IMG/VR virus record: IMGVR_UViG_2925891887_000001
Strand: one strand, 5' to 3'
Source: a virus
Lineage: Duplodnaviria > Heunggongvirae > Uroviricota > Caudoviricetes
DNA length: 64,000 bases
The notes below the pieces were generated by a model. That model searched no databases, was not told the origin of the DNA, and worked only from the letters and a program-made list of their open reading frames with translations. This document shows, piece after piece, positions 19,901 to 28,448 of the stretch. Both the position numbers and the translations under genes were made by a program. How positions within the stretch are numbered: position 1 is the first letter of the stretch; each line of letters starts with the position of its first letter.

Positions 19901-21263
19901 AAACAAACCAACAGCTTCTGATGTAGGAGCATTACCGCTTTCAGGTGGCACATTATCTGGAGGGTTAACATCTTCTGGTGAGATCATTTCAAAATATGCA
20001 AATGGTTTCCGCATTGCTTACGGTAAGTTTGGGTTCTTTATCCGTAATGATGGGGTGAACACATATTTCCTGCTAACAGCATCAGGAGACACATTAGGTT
20101 CATGGAACGGTTTGCGACCTATTACAATTAATAATACCAGCGGTGCTGTATCAATTGGTAATGGACTAAATGTGACTGGTGGCGTAAATGGTAGTTTGAA
20201 CGGTAATGCTTCAACAGCTACGAAGTTGCAAACAGCGAGAAACATCAATGGTGTTAAGTTTGATGGTTCAGGCGATATCAATATTAATACATTGGTATCT
20301 CGTGGCCGAGTTACGGCGTTAAGCGGCTCTACTCAAGGCACTGCTGGCATTCAAATGTATGAGGCGTACAACAATAGCTACCCGACCACGTATGGCAACG
20401 TATTGCACATGAAAGGTGCGAGTGCTGCTGGTGAGGGCGAGTTGCTTATTGGCTGGAGTGGTACGAGCGGTGCACATGCGCCAGTTTTCATTCGCTCACG
20501 AAGAGATAACACAGGTGCAGCATGGTCAGCGTGGGCGCAGGTATATACCGCTAAGGATTCAATCCCTGGTGTGAATACAACTGGTAATCAGAACACTACT
20601 GGTAATGCCGCAACCGCCACAAAATTGCAGACAGCAAGGAAAATTGCTGGTGTGGCGTTTGATGGCTCTGCCGATATAACTTTGACTGCGGCTAACCTTA
20701 ATGCTTACACGAAAACAGAGGTAGCAAACCTTCTAAGTTCCTATGCAAGCAGATCATCACTGACAGGCTATAGTGGCAACCTGGATATTGTTGCTGAAAC
20801 ACTGGTTGTCAAATCAGGCGGTAGTGGAGGGTTTGCTATATGGGATATTGGCACAACTACTAGCGGTGCCAATATGTACATTGATCCAAACCCAGGTATC
20901 AATACAGTTTGGCGTTCAACGTCTTCAAGGCGCTATAAAAAGGATATTGAAACATTACAAGATCGATATGCTGATGAACTTTTGTCATTAAGACCTGTTT
21001 GGTATCGTTCAATTTGTCGAGGTGACCGAAAGGATTGGGGGTATTACGGCCTTATTGCTGAAGAGGTTGGTGAGATTGCCCCGCAATATGTCCATTGGCG
21101 TGAACCAACAAATAATGATTCTCCAGAAGATATTTCCTCAAATGGTATGGTCGCTGAAGGAGTGATGTATGAGCGTTTGGTTGTACCACTCATTTATCAT
21201 ATTCAGCAATTGACCAAAAGGGTTGAGGAGCTTGAAACGAAGTTAAATTCACCTAAAGAATAA
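16965..21263 (+). CDS. tail fibre protein with Ala/Ser-rich low-complexity region, four phage-fibre repeat modules and C-terminal S74-type intramolecular chaperone domain
   Basis: AAGGAG RBS; repeated ATKLQTAR.I.GV.FDGS.DI.L modules; C-terminal segment containing SRRYKKDIE typical of the auto-cleaving chaperone domain. Confidence 0.85.
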   Translation: MWYREGTITFTQGSNTLVGAGTAWNVTANGVLPGMIVIGPDNKLYEIKRVTSDTNIVLSEPYTGETQSEVPCRIITTYEGDLTQFSARFTALMSRMSADSKSIRSWLTALDEVTIEREDGTEVTVKPLMQIVNEHNENVEWYKNNTDAIDAAGDKAREAAASAAAAAKSANAAGEKASQASQSASAAASSQSAASASATAAKKSETNAAASQKSAATSASTATTKASEAATSARDAAASKEAAKSSETSAASSASNAASSATAAGNSAKAAKTSETNARSSETAAGQSASAAAGSKTAAASSASAASTSAGQASASATAAGKSAESAASSASTATTKAGQATEQASAAARSASAAKTSETNAKASETRAESSKTAAASSASSAASSASSASASKDEATRQASAAKGSATTASTKATEAAGSATAASQSKTAAESAATRAEAAADRAEEIAGAVAMEDASLTTKGVVKLSSAVDSTSESLAATPKAVKAANDNANSRVPSNRKVNGKALTADIKLTPKDIGTLNSVTMSFSGGAGWFKLATVTMPQASSIVYIALIGGAGYNVGSPHQAGISELVLRAGNGNPKGITGALWKRTAVGLTNFAWINTSGDTYDIYVEIGNYATRVNIHWDCTANATVSIYTSPTYSASKPSSVTDGVVYTMYSTHQKPTPLDIGALPTTGGTVSGPLSVTGGLTGSLNGNASTATKLQTARSIGGVVFDGSANINLPGVNTTGNQNTTGNAATATKLQTARKISGVPFDGSTDITLTAAHVAAFARRATGSYADADGGVPWNAESGAYNVTRTGDTYILANFYTGVGSCRTLQMKAHYRNGGLFYRSSRDGYGFESGWEQVYTTGFMPQPADINAPTAAAGWLNSGNGTAFTTAQFITWLNNQGAFTNKHWIARCSWTYANNNYIDDTGCGRIDLSGSVIEVFSNKATSHYTIRVTTTTTSGHGGVNNAEFIYVYNGSDYAPGWRRSYNTRNKPTASDVGALPLSGGTLSGGLTSSGEIISKYANGFRIAYGKFGFFIRNDGVNTYFLLTASGDTLGSWNGLRPITINNTSGAVSIGNGLNVTGGVNGSLNGNASTATKLQTARNINGVKFDGSGDININTLVSRGRVTALSGSTQGTAGIQMYEAYNNSYPTTYGNVLHMKGASAAGEGELLIGWSGTSGAHAPVFIRSRRDNTGAAWSAWAQVYTAKDSIPGVNTTGNQNTTGNAATATKLQTARKIAGVAFDGSADITLTAANLNAYTKTEVANLLSSYASRSSLTGYSGNLDIVAETLVVKSGGSGGFAIWDIGTTTSGANMYIDPNPGINTVWRSTSSRRYKKDIETLQDRYADELLSLRPVWYRSICRGDRKDWGYYGLIAEEVGEIAPQYVHWREPTNNDSPEDISSNGMVAEGVMYERLVVPLIYHIQQLTKRVEELETKLNSPKE

Positions 21264-21323
21264 ACAACTTCAATCGGGGCTGGAGCTAAACCAGCCCCTG
21301 CTTAAAAGTATAAGGATATATTT

Positions 21324-21578
21324 ATGAGCTATGGTGCACAGGTTTGGTCGCCATCAAGACAGGAGATGGTCAATGCGTTGGCCCCTGTTTATTACCTCGA
21401 TTATTTTACTCCCTCTGGTTCAGGAAGTAGAACATATGAGGTTGAGGCGGGATTGGGAATCGACTATTACATAATGGACGTAACCAATGGAAAGTACACA
21501 AGTCTTACGGTTTCTGGAAATACCATTTCGTGGTCTGGAGCTAGTGGTAATTTAAACATATTGGTTTTTCAAAAATAA
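21324..21578 (+). CDS. hypothetical protein (tail fibre-associated)
   Basis: 84-aa ORF after the tail fibre gene; lower GC than flanking genes. Confidence 0.5.
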   Translation: MSYGAQVWSPSRQEMVNALAPVYYLDYFTPSGSGSRTYEVEAGLGIDYYIMDVTNGKYTSLTVSGNTISWSGASGNLNILVFQK

Positions 21579-22186
21579 TGTACGGAAGCAAGATATATCG
21601 ATCTGACGGGAAGGTCTGGATGTCTCCTTCTTTGTCTCCTATCGTTTTTCAGAGAAAGCAGGTTGTTTCTTTGTCCGGCGGGACAGAGTTTAACACCAAA
21701 ATATCTCCAGATCGTTCACCGATTATTTTTGTTGCCTATTCGAAAGCTGTTTCATTAATAGCCAACAGAATAGTGCGTAACAACCAGGTGATTTACAGTT
21801 TCGGAGGTCAGGGTAGCGACTCTAGTGCCACGATATACGTATTTTCGAAAGGTATAGCCAAAAAAGAAACTTGGGGCATGAGTTTTTTCAATGCACAAGG
21901 GGAGGAAATCTATAATACGGCAAATATCCCACTTTCATTTACCTTTCTTAATAATACGGAGTGGAACAGCTCTGGAGGGCATGTTTTTGATTACCCTCCA
22001 GCGATAATCCCAACATATGCGAATGTGTTCGCTGTTCCAGTACCGGGCGGAGCCATGACAATGGTTTATGGATATGCGGCATATGGAAATACTGTTAGCT
22101 CGATATTCGTAAACCAACTTAATGGCGGCCATAGTTTTAGCGTAAATGGCAGAGTACCGGTAATAAATAGAAATCTGTATAACTGA
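21578..22186 (+). CDS. hypothetical protein (tail fibre-associated)
   Basis: 202-aa ORF with start/stop overlap to the upstream gene. Confidence 0.5.
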   Translation: MYGSKIYRSDGKVWMSPSLSPIVFQRKQVVSLSGGTEFNTKISPDRSPIIFVAYSKAVSLIANRIVRNNQVIYSFGGQGSDSSATIYVFSKGIAKKETWGMSFFNAQGEEIYNTANIPLSFTFLNNTEWNSSGGHVFDYPPAIIPTYANVFAVPVPGGAMTMVYGYAAYGNTVSSIFVNQLNGGHSFSVNGRVPVINRNLYN

Positions 22187-22193
22187 TGAGTAG

Positions 22194-22427
22194 ATGATGA
22201 AAAGATTATTTCTAACAATAGCTGTTGTTCTCTCTCTTACTGGCTGCCAGAAATTGCCGACACCTATATGTTACGGTGAGGCTATCATTGGTGGACAGGA
22301 GACAGTCATACCCATATATGCTGTTAAAAAAGTGAACGACTATACCTTATACAAAGCGGGTAGCATCTATAACTGGCGATGGGTAGGAGTAGGTGCTTTC
22401 TCATCAGTCCGTTGCAATGCTGAATGA
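22194..22427 (+). CDS. small lipoprotein, candidate Cor-like superinfection exclusion protein
   Basis: Signal peptide with lipobox LTGC; 77 aa; located between tail fibre genes and the lysis cassette. Confidence 0.45.
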   Translation: MMKRLFLTIAVVLSLTGCQKLPTPICYGEAIIGGQETVIPIYAVKKVNDYTLYKAGSIYNWRWVGVGAFSSVRCNAE

Positions 22428-22508
22428 TAGGTAAGTACACACCTACAACAAAAGGGTGAAATGTGATATAAATCCGCCATCCCGATTTGACTTTTCATGG
22501 AGGAAAAC

Positions 22509-22832
22509 ATGTCGAACGAGATGGCGGGCGTTACAACAGAGCAAGTTGAGCGTATTGCCGCGATCGTTGCTCGGGAGGTTGTTGGCAAATTAGGTAAAGA
22601 GCTACGTGAAGAAATTGGCCAGGAGGTCAACGATCAGCTGAAAACCTACTTTGGTGATATGACCCCGGCGCAACATAGTATTCAACACTCCAACCTGGAC
22701 AAACTCCTTAACCGGTTAGATTCCATCTCAAGTGGGTTCTTTGGCGGCATTGTTTCTAAAATAACGTCGTTCATTATTACCGCACTGCTTTTGGGGTTAG
22801 CCGCGTATGGCGTAAAAAATGGACTGCAATAA
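22509..22832 (+). CDS. membrane protein, holin candidate
   Basis: GGAGG RBS; single C-terminal hydrophobic helix; first gene of the putative lysis cassette. Confidence 0.4.
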   Translation: MSNEMAGVTTEQVERIAAIVAREVVGKLGKELREEIGQEVNDQLKTYFGDMTPAQHSIQHSNLDKLLNRLDSISSGFFGGIVSKITSFIITALLLGLAAYGVKNGLQ

Positions 22833-22845
22833 CAGGAGATCAAGG

Positions 22846-23538
22846 ATGAAGACTCCGAGAGGTATTCGTAATAATAACCCCGGTAATCTTGATAAAGGAT
22901 CACCGTGGCAAGGTCTGGTTGCGAATCCAGACGAACCGCGCTTTTGCACGTTTAAAGACCCTGTTTGGGGGATTCGTGCACTGGCGGTGACTCTAATTAC
23001 CTACCACGACAAGCGTCGCGCAAAAGACGGCTCAAGTATCGATACCATTCGTGAAGTTATTGAACGTTGGGCACCGCCGAATGAAAACAACACTGACGCC
23101 TACATTAATGAGGTGTCTAAAGCCGTTGGTGTAACCGCAGACATGATTATCGATCTGCATGATTACGACATTCTTCGACCTTTGGTTGAGGCAATCATTC
23201 GCCATGAGAATGGGCGAGGTCCGCTAAAAACGCTGAACACCTGGTATGCGGCAGAAGTTATTGAGGAAGGTCTGCGTCGAGCTGGCGTCGTTAAGCCGGT
23301 GAAAACCGTGAAGGCTGTTCCTGTAACTAAAGAAACAGCAGGCGCAACTGTTACAGCAGGTATTGGTCTGGCGCAGCTGGCCGATGTTATGCCGCAGGTT
23401 TCCGCTGCTATGGATAAAGCACAAGGTCATATCTCTAGCGGGGATACAGTACGCATCATCTTCGGTATTGCCACTATTGTTGTGGCTGGATTTATCGCCT
23501 GGTCGCAGGTAAGAAGACACCAGAAAGGGATGGTCTAA
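22846..23538 (+). CDS. lysis cassette protein, candidate endolysin with C-terminal membrane anchor
   Basis: CAGGAG RBS; conserved-looking RGIRNNNPGN N-terminal motif; sits between holin candidate and spanins; C-terminal hydrophobic helix. Confidence 0.35.
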   Translation: MKTPRGIRNNNPGNLDKGSPWQGLVANPDEPRFCTFKDPVWGIRALAVTLITYHDKRRAKDGSSIDTIREVIERWAPPNENNTDAYINEVSKAVGVTADMIIDLHDYDILRPLVEAIIRHENGRGPLKTLNTWYAAEVIEEGLRRAGVVKPVKTVKAVPVTKETAGATVTAGIGLAQLADVMPQVSAAMDKAQGHISSGDTVRIIFGIATIVVAGFIAWSQVRRHQKGMV

Positions 23539-23539
23539 T

Positions 23540-23791
23540 ATGCTAGGCAGCCTGATGACAAAGCTAAAAGTTGCTTTGATTACGCTGGCTGCCGTTCTTT
23601 TCGTTCTGGTCGGCGCTTACACGATGGGCGGAAATGCGGCGCGACGAGCAATGGAAGAGAAGGCAAAACAGGAAGACAGAAAACGACTTCAAAGCACAGT
23701 GGATGTCAAAAATGAAACGGTTAATGAAGTGCGGCAAAAAGATGCCTCTGGTGTTCATCGCGAGCTGTTTGATAAATGGGTGCGTGATTAA
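23540..23791 (+). CDS. i-spanin (Rz-like)
   Basis: N-terminal transmembrane anchor followed by a charged helical periplasmic region; an o-spanin candidate is embedded in the +1 frame. Confidence 0.6.
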   Translation: MLGSLMTKLKVALITLAAVLFVLVGAYTMGGNAARRAMEEKAKQEDRKRLQSTVDVKNETVNEVRQKDASGVHRELFDKWVRD

Positions 23792-23939
23792 GACGCAGGC
23801 TCCAGGCGTGCTATTCTGCGATGCTGCAAATCCTATCTATGTGAGTAGAGAGGATTTTATGACTGAGGAAACGGAGCGACAGTTGCTTATCCACAATACG
23901 ATAGGTGAAAGGCTGTGTGAGTGGGGGCACCTGAACTGA
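23703..23939 (+). CDS. o-spanin (Rz1-like lipoprotein), partly nested in the i-spanin gene
   Basis: Short signal peptide with lipobox (FIASC) in an ORF that begins inside the i-spanin gene in another frame; start uncertain (ATG 23703 or 23712). Confidence 0.5.
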   Translation: MSKMKRLMKCGKKMPLVFIASCLINGCVIKTQAPGVLFCDAANPIYVSREDFMTEETERQLLIHNTIGERLCEWGHLN

Positions 23940-24163
23940 GTCGATGATTGATGAGTGGTCTCAGTTTACCTTTTATCCTAAAGATGGCATCTTCACTCAT
24001 ATACACGCCTGTTCACTCAAGCTCATGTTGAATCATTTAGTAATTTGATGTAGATTTATTAGGCATCCACGTAAGTGGGCACATACAGGCTACGCATCCT
24101 CGTAGCCTTCAACCCCGAGAGGGGTGCCGCAATGACACTTGTGTTAACGGCTAAGGTGGATAT

Positions 24164-24583
24164 ATGCTAAATTATCATGACAATACGCGTTCTATGCAGA
24201 CGATCCGCACCAATACTGCGGTCATCGACAGCTTTCCTATGCGTATTCACAACAGTGAAGACGCAGTAGAAGTGCGACGTATGTTGTGCCGTGAATCAGC
24301 TAACCGCCAGCACTTCATCGTCACTTTTAAGAGCGATGTGGCGCGTGCCGAAAAGATCTCTAATTCTACGTCACTGGTTAAACCGTTGGCCGAGGTTGTC
24401 GCTAACGGTAAACGAACCTCTTTTGTTTTAGATGTTGCTGAACAATATCCTGACTTGAAGTGTTTAGATCGTGATATTTCTTCACGAATCAAACAAGTTG
24501 TAGAGTCTTTTATGAAGAAATTCTGTAAAATCGATGATATGGAACCATCAACGGCACAGAATACTTCATGGCACCATCTCTAA
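24164..24583 (+). CDS. hypothetical protein
   Basis: 139-aa ORF, first gene after a 220-bp non-coding gap following the lysis genes. Confidence 0.5.
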   Translation: MLNYHDNTRSMQTIRTNTAVIDSFPMRIHNSEDAVEVRRMLCRESANRQHFIVTFKSDVARAEKISNSTSLVKPLAEVVANGKRTSFVLDVAEQYPDLKCLDRDISSRIKQVVESFMKKFCKIDDMEPSTAQNTSWHHL

Positions 24584-25341
24584 TTGGTCAGGCGAACAGA
24601 TTAATCCCTGAAATAGAAGACTACAGCAAGGTCTTGTCTGAAATGCCGAGAGCGACGAGAATTATCGCTCTCGGTGAGTTCTATTTTATCTCCCGAGGTT
24701 TCGATCTAATTCGATTTACCGAATACGAGCTTGTTGATTCGGCCTATGAACGCTGTATTGTTGGCGAGTGTCTTGAGTCATGTGATCCTGATTACCAAGA
24801 GCAGGAAGTTAAGCGACTCAAACGTGCTGGTTACACACCTCTTGAGATAGGAGCAGAAATTGAATCCTACAAGTTGCATGTGGGGCAGCCAGTCCAAACA
24901 GTCTTCCGCGTGGCCTACTGCGAGTTTCCAATCAAGGATAAATCTGGAGTAAAAGTCAGCGCCAAGCAGATTAGAGGGGTTTTTACTCATGCTGATTATA
25001 TGGGATTAGGCATCGCAAGTTTTGCTTACCTTTATCTCGTAGATAAGTATCAGTACTTGGTTTGCGATACGTTACAGACGGTAAAAGGCGCAACTCTTTG
25101 GGCTGTGAGTATGCGCAAACATGGACTGGTCGAAATTTACGATACGAAGAACGAAAATTTTATAGAGGAATTGGGTGAGGATGCCTGTGGCGTAAGTGGT
25201 TTTATTCCGTGGGATATCGGTAAGTCTGACGGAGGCCAGATGCGAAGACGTGAAGAGTGGGGGACTAATAAAATCAATCTCACCCCAGGTGCTTGTACTC
25301 ATATAGTGAACATTCTGACTAAACGATCTATGAATCAATAA
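24568..25341 (+). CDS. hypothetical protein
   Basis: 257-aa ORF followed by a hairpin plus T-run terminator. Confidence 0.55.
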   Translation: MAPSLIGQANRLIPEIEDYSKVLSEMPRATRIIALGEFYFISRGFDLIRFTEYELVDSAYERCIVGECLESCDPDYQEQEVKRLKRAGYTPLEIGAEIESYKLHVGQPVQTVFRVAYCEFPIKDKSGVKVSAKQIRGVFTHADYMGLGIASFAYLYLVDKYQYLVCDTLQTVKGATLWAVSMRKHGLVEIYDTKNENFIEELGEDACGVSGFIPWDIGKSDGGQMRRREEWGTNKINLTPGACTHIVNILTKRSMNQ

Positions 25342-25342
25342 A

Positions 25343-25366
25343 CCCGCTACGGCGGGTTTTTTGTTA
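25343..25366 (+). terminator. Rho-independent terminator
   Basis: CCCGCTACGGCGGG hairpin followed by TTTTTTGTT. Confidence 0.7.
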
Positions 25367-25490
25367 TTAAGCCCCCCCTATGTACCTATCATTAAACCTT
25401 TACACCGCAGCCGTAGGCATTTAGGCTATATCACATATAAGAAAACAAGTTGTTTCAGACGATAATTATATACGCAAAGGGAACTCTCCA

Positions 25491-26159
25491 ATGACCAAGA
25501 TCTTTGTGGTTGGCGGCACAAAGGGCGGGCCTGGCAAATCCACCGTTGCCCAGCAAATTGCCGTTTGCCTGAAAGTCAAAAAGAAGAAGAAGGTTTATAT
25601 TACCGATATAGATATTCAGCGCACGACAACGAGCTGGTGTGAAGACCGTCGACAGAACGAAGACCTTGAGCTGATTCCTTTCGCATACGTTCAGGATGAC
25701 ATCATTAAGCACCTAAAATCGCTTCAGGGTAGAGCTGAGTTTGTAGTGGTAGATGCTGGTGGCTTCGACTCCGAAATTCAGCGACAAGCGATGCTGATGG
25801 CTGACGTTATCATTATCCCGCTGCGTCCTAAGCGTCGTGATTTGAAATCTTTACGTGACATCGATCCTATTATCGACAATGTTCGCAATGTAAACGATAA
25901 AGTGAAGGTCCGCGCGGTCATGAACCAGTGCCCGGCTTTGCCATCACAAGTGTCTCGCATTCTGGCGGCTAAAGAGATTGTTGAGACGTTTGGCATCGAG
26001 TCTGCGCCAGTCAATCTATATAACCGCAACGTCTATGATGATGCGGAAGAGTCTGGTCGTTCTATCTTTGAAATGACCGGTAGCGAGCGCGACAAAAAGG
26101 CGGAAGCCGAGTTTGAAGAATTTGTAGATTATCTGTTGAGTCTGGAGGAAGAAGAATAA
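25491..26159 (+). CDS. parA: ParA-family partition ATPase
   Basis: N-terminal deviant Walker A (GGTKGGPGKST), about 220 aa, followed by a small overlapping gene. Confidence 0.75.
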   Translation: MTKIFVVGGTKGGPGKSTVAQQIAVCLKVKKKKKVYITDIDIQRTTTSWCEDRRQNEDLELIPFAYVQDDIIKHLKSLQGRAEFVVVDAGGFDSEIQRQAMLMADVIIIPLRPKRRDLKSLRDIDPIIDNVRNVNDKVKVRAVMNQCPALPSQVSRILAAKEIVETFGIESAPVNLYNRNVYDDAEESGRSIFEMTGSERDKKAEAEFEEFVDYLLSLEEEE

Positions 26160-26518
26160 TGTCCATGAAAATGGGTGACCTAGCAAAGCGCAAAGAGCCT
26201 GATGCACCGGCTAAGAACACAACTCCTTTGCGCCAACCAGTCAGACCACAGGGACGCCCGACTCGTGGCAAAGAGAAAATTAAAAGCCGCACAATGTCAC
26301 TGGAGGACGAATACTTCGAACTGCTGGAGATGATGAAGTTCATCCCTCGCTTCGAGAAGTTCACTCGTTCTGACGTGATTCGTGCTGCTATTTTCCATCT
26401 TGCGGAGAAGACACCGCAGGAAATCGAGGACATCGTGAAACTTAACGAGGCGATCACAGCTGCCGATGTCACGATGCGTACCGATGAAATTAAACGCGAG
26501 TTGATGAAGAAAGGGTGA
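26159..26518 (+). CDS. small partition/centromere-binding protein candidate (ParG-like ribbon-helix-helix)
   Basis: 119 aa, basic N-terminus, RHH-like segment (RTMSLEDEYFELLEMM...SDVIRAAIFHL); start overlaps parA stop. Confidence 0.5.
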   Translation: MSMKMGDLAKRKEPDAPAKNTTPLRQPVRPQGRPTRGKEKIKSRTMSLEDEYFELLEMMKFIPRFEKFTRSDVIRAAIFHLAEKTPQEIEDIVKLNEAITAADVTMRTDEIKRELMKKG

Positions 26519-26569
26519 TTATATTGGGCGTTTGTTACGCCCAATATATGAGTTGAAGGATAGACACCA

Positions 26570-28276
26570 ATGGAATCGATAGAAGTATTTTTAAAAAATT
26601 TTTTGGACTCAGATCATCGGGTTGCTGTCATAAAAGGAAATTGGGGAGTAGGTAAAACGCATTATTGGAATAGCTTTTATACTAAACATTCTAAAAAATT
26701 AGATTTTAATGCATATTCATATGTTTCTTTGTTTGGAATAAATTCTATTGGAGACATTAAAAAAGCTCTTTATCATTGTGCCACACCAATTAATGAAAAG
26801 AAATATAAAGAACTGATTTTATCTGAAACGGATCGAACTATGATTCGTTATAGAAATGGGTTTTGGGGATGGTTGAAATACAACTCCTTGTCAAAATTTA
26901 TAATACATTTTGGAAAGAACGATTTTTTTGGGTTCAAAACTGATAATCTGCTGTCATCTCTTGAGTATAAATTTGTTAATAATTATTTGGTTTGCATTGA
27001 TGATATTGAACGAAAAGGTAGTGCGCTAGAAATTAAAGAGATTATGGGGGTAATTGATGAGTTGGCAAGAAGAAAAAATTGCAAGGTTGTTCTAATATTA
27101 AATGAAGATAACTTACATGAAGAAACTGCACAACAACAGTTTTTAGAGTATAGAGAAAAAATAATTGATGTGGAAATAAAATACGATCCCACGCCTGAGA
27201 AAAACTTAAGAAAAGTTTTTTATGAGACTGACCCTGATTTTCTTTTGTTAAAAAACCTAGCAAATGATTTAAACATCAAAAACATTAGAATATTAAATAA
27301 AATAAAATCATCTCTAGTTATATTTAGAGATGTGCTAAAGTTAGCAGAGGATAAGGTTAGAGAAAGTTTTATTAATAGATTGGTCTTATTTTCAGTGGTT
27401 TACTATTTTGGTGTTCCTAGCGTTGATTATGCTTCATTTAAGGAGTCAATCAAAAATATACATGCATTCGACTATATGTTAGATGATAAAGATGAAAAGG
27501 AAGAAGTTAACTCTGTATATTCATTTGTTAATAGCCTTGATGTTATTTATGAACGAGCAGAAAGTGCTTTCGATGATGATATAGATTTTTACCTTAAGAA
27601 CGGTTATGTTTCTTCTGAAAGCAATATTCTAAATATAATAAAAGAAAAAAATGAACAATATAGAGATAATAGGGTTTTATGTGAGGTTTATAAAATTTGG
27701 GATGTTTTTAGAAACTCTTTTAAAGATAATGAATCAGAGTTTATTTTTCAAATTGAGCGCGTAATTAACGATAGTCTGTTGCGTATACCAATTGGACAGT
27801 TCGTAGGTTTAATAAATGTCCTAATTAAATTGGATAGAGATTGTAATAATATTATAGAGGCATATGCAGATGCTTTTGTTAATAAAGACAATGCGTATGC
27901 TACATTTAATTCTTTGCGAGTAGAGATCTTCGGAAATGAAGAATTAGGTTTCAGAATTGAAAAAAAATTGAAAGATAGAAATCCAGATGACTATAACTTA
28001 GATAAAATTATAAAAAAAATAGCTGGTGGAAGATTTAACCATAGTGATGTGAATATTCTTAACAGTTTTTCTAAAGATGATTACGTAAACTGGATATTAT
28101 CCTGTGATCAGGATGCTTTGAATTTAGTAGAAGAGACTATGCTCAAGTTCAAGGGTATGCAACACCCGACAGACGAACAGAAGAGCATCACTGATAAAGC
28201 AATAGAAGCTTTGGAGGAAGTTGCTTCAAAATCAACACTTAATAAGCTGCGTGTTAATAAAATACTCAATCATTAA
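26570..28276 (+). CDS. KAP-family-like P-loop NTPase, strongly AT-rich cargo gene
   Basis: Walker A in KAP style (GNWGVGKTHYW), Walker B (LVCIDDIER); codon usage and base composition differ sharply from neighbours. Confidence 0.6.
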   Translation: MESIEVFLKNFLDSDHRVAVIKGNWGVGKTHYWNSFYTKHSKKLDFNAYSYVSLFGINSIGDIKKALYHCATPINEKKYKELILSETDRTMIRYRNGFWGWLKYNSLSKFIIHFGKNDFFGFKTDNLLSSLEYKFVNNYLVCIDDIERKGSALEIKEIMGVIDELARRKNCKVVLILNEDNLHEETAQQQFLEYREKIIDVEIKYDPTPEKNLRKVFYETDPDFLLLKNLANDLNIKNIRILNKIKSSLVIFRDVLKLAEDKVRESFINRLVLFSVVYYFGVPSVDYASFKESIKNIHAFDYMLDDKDEKEEVNSVYSFVNSLDVIYERAESAFDDDIDFYLKNGYVSSESNILNIIKEKNEQYRDNRVLCEVYKIWDVFRNSFKDNESEFIFQIERVINDSLLRIPIGQFVGLINVLIKLDRDCNNIIEAYADAFVNKDNAYATFNSLRVEIFGNEELGFRIEKKLKDRNPDDYNLDKIIKKIAGGRFNHSDVNILNSFSKDDYVNWILSCDQDALNLVEETMLKFKGMQHPTDEQKSITDKAIEALEEVASKSTLNKLRVNKILNH

Positions 28277-28448
28277 TAGATTATGACCTGCTTCCGTATG
28301 TATTTAATAAGTTACTTATTATTTGTATATACAGAAGCAGGTCTTTTAAAGACGCCCACCAGAACAAGTCCCTTCCGTTTCCACTTCCAAAAACTGCCAC
28401 CAGTCGCTATCATCCGCTCATTGTGATAAGTAAGTAACTACCTACCAG

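Noticed and set aside
24087-24108. Hairpin AGGCTACG-CATCCT-CGTAGCCT in the gap after the lysis genes, considered as a terminator
   Set aside because: There is no T-run after the stem, so it does not meet the intrinsic terminator pattern; it may be an RNA processing or binding site but I cannot support a call.
26062-26544. Minus-strand 160-aa ORF overlapping the parA end and the small partition gene
   Set aside because: Antisense to two tightly coupled plus-strand genes with clear motifs and coupling; no upstream signals.
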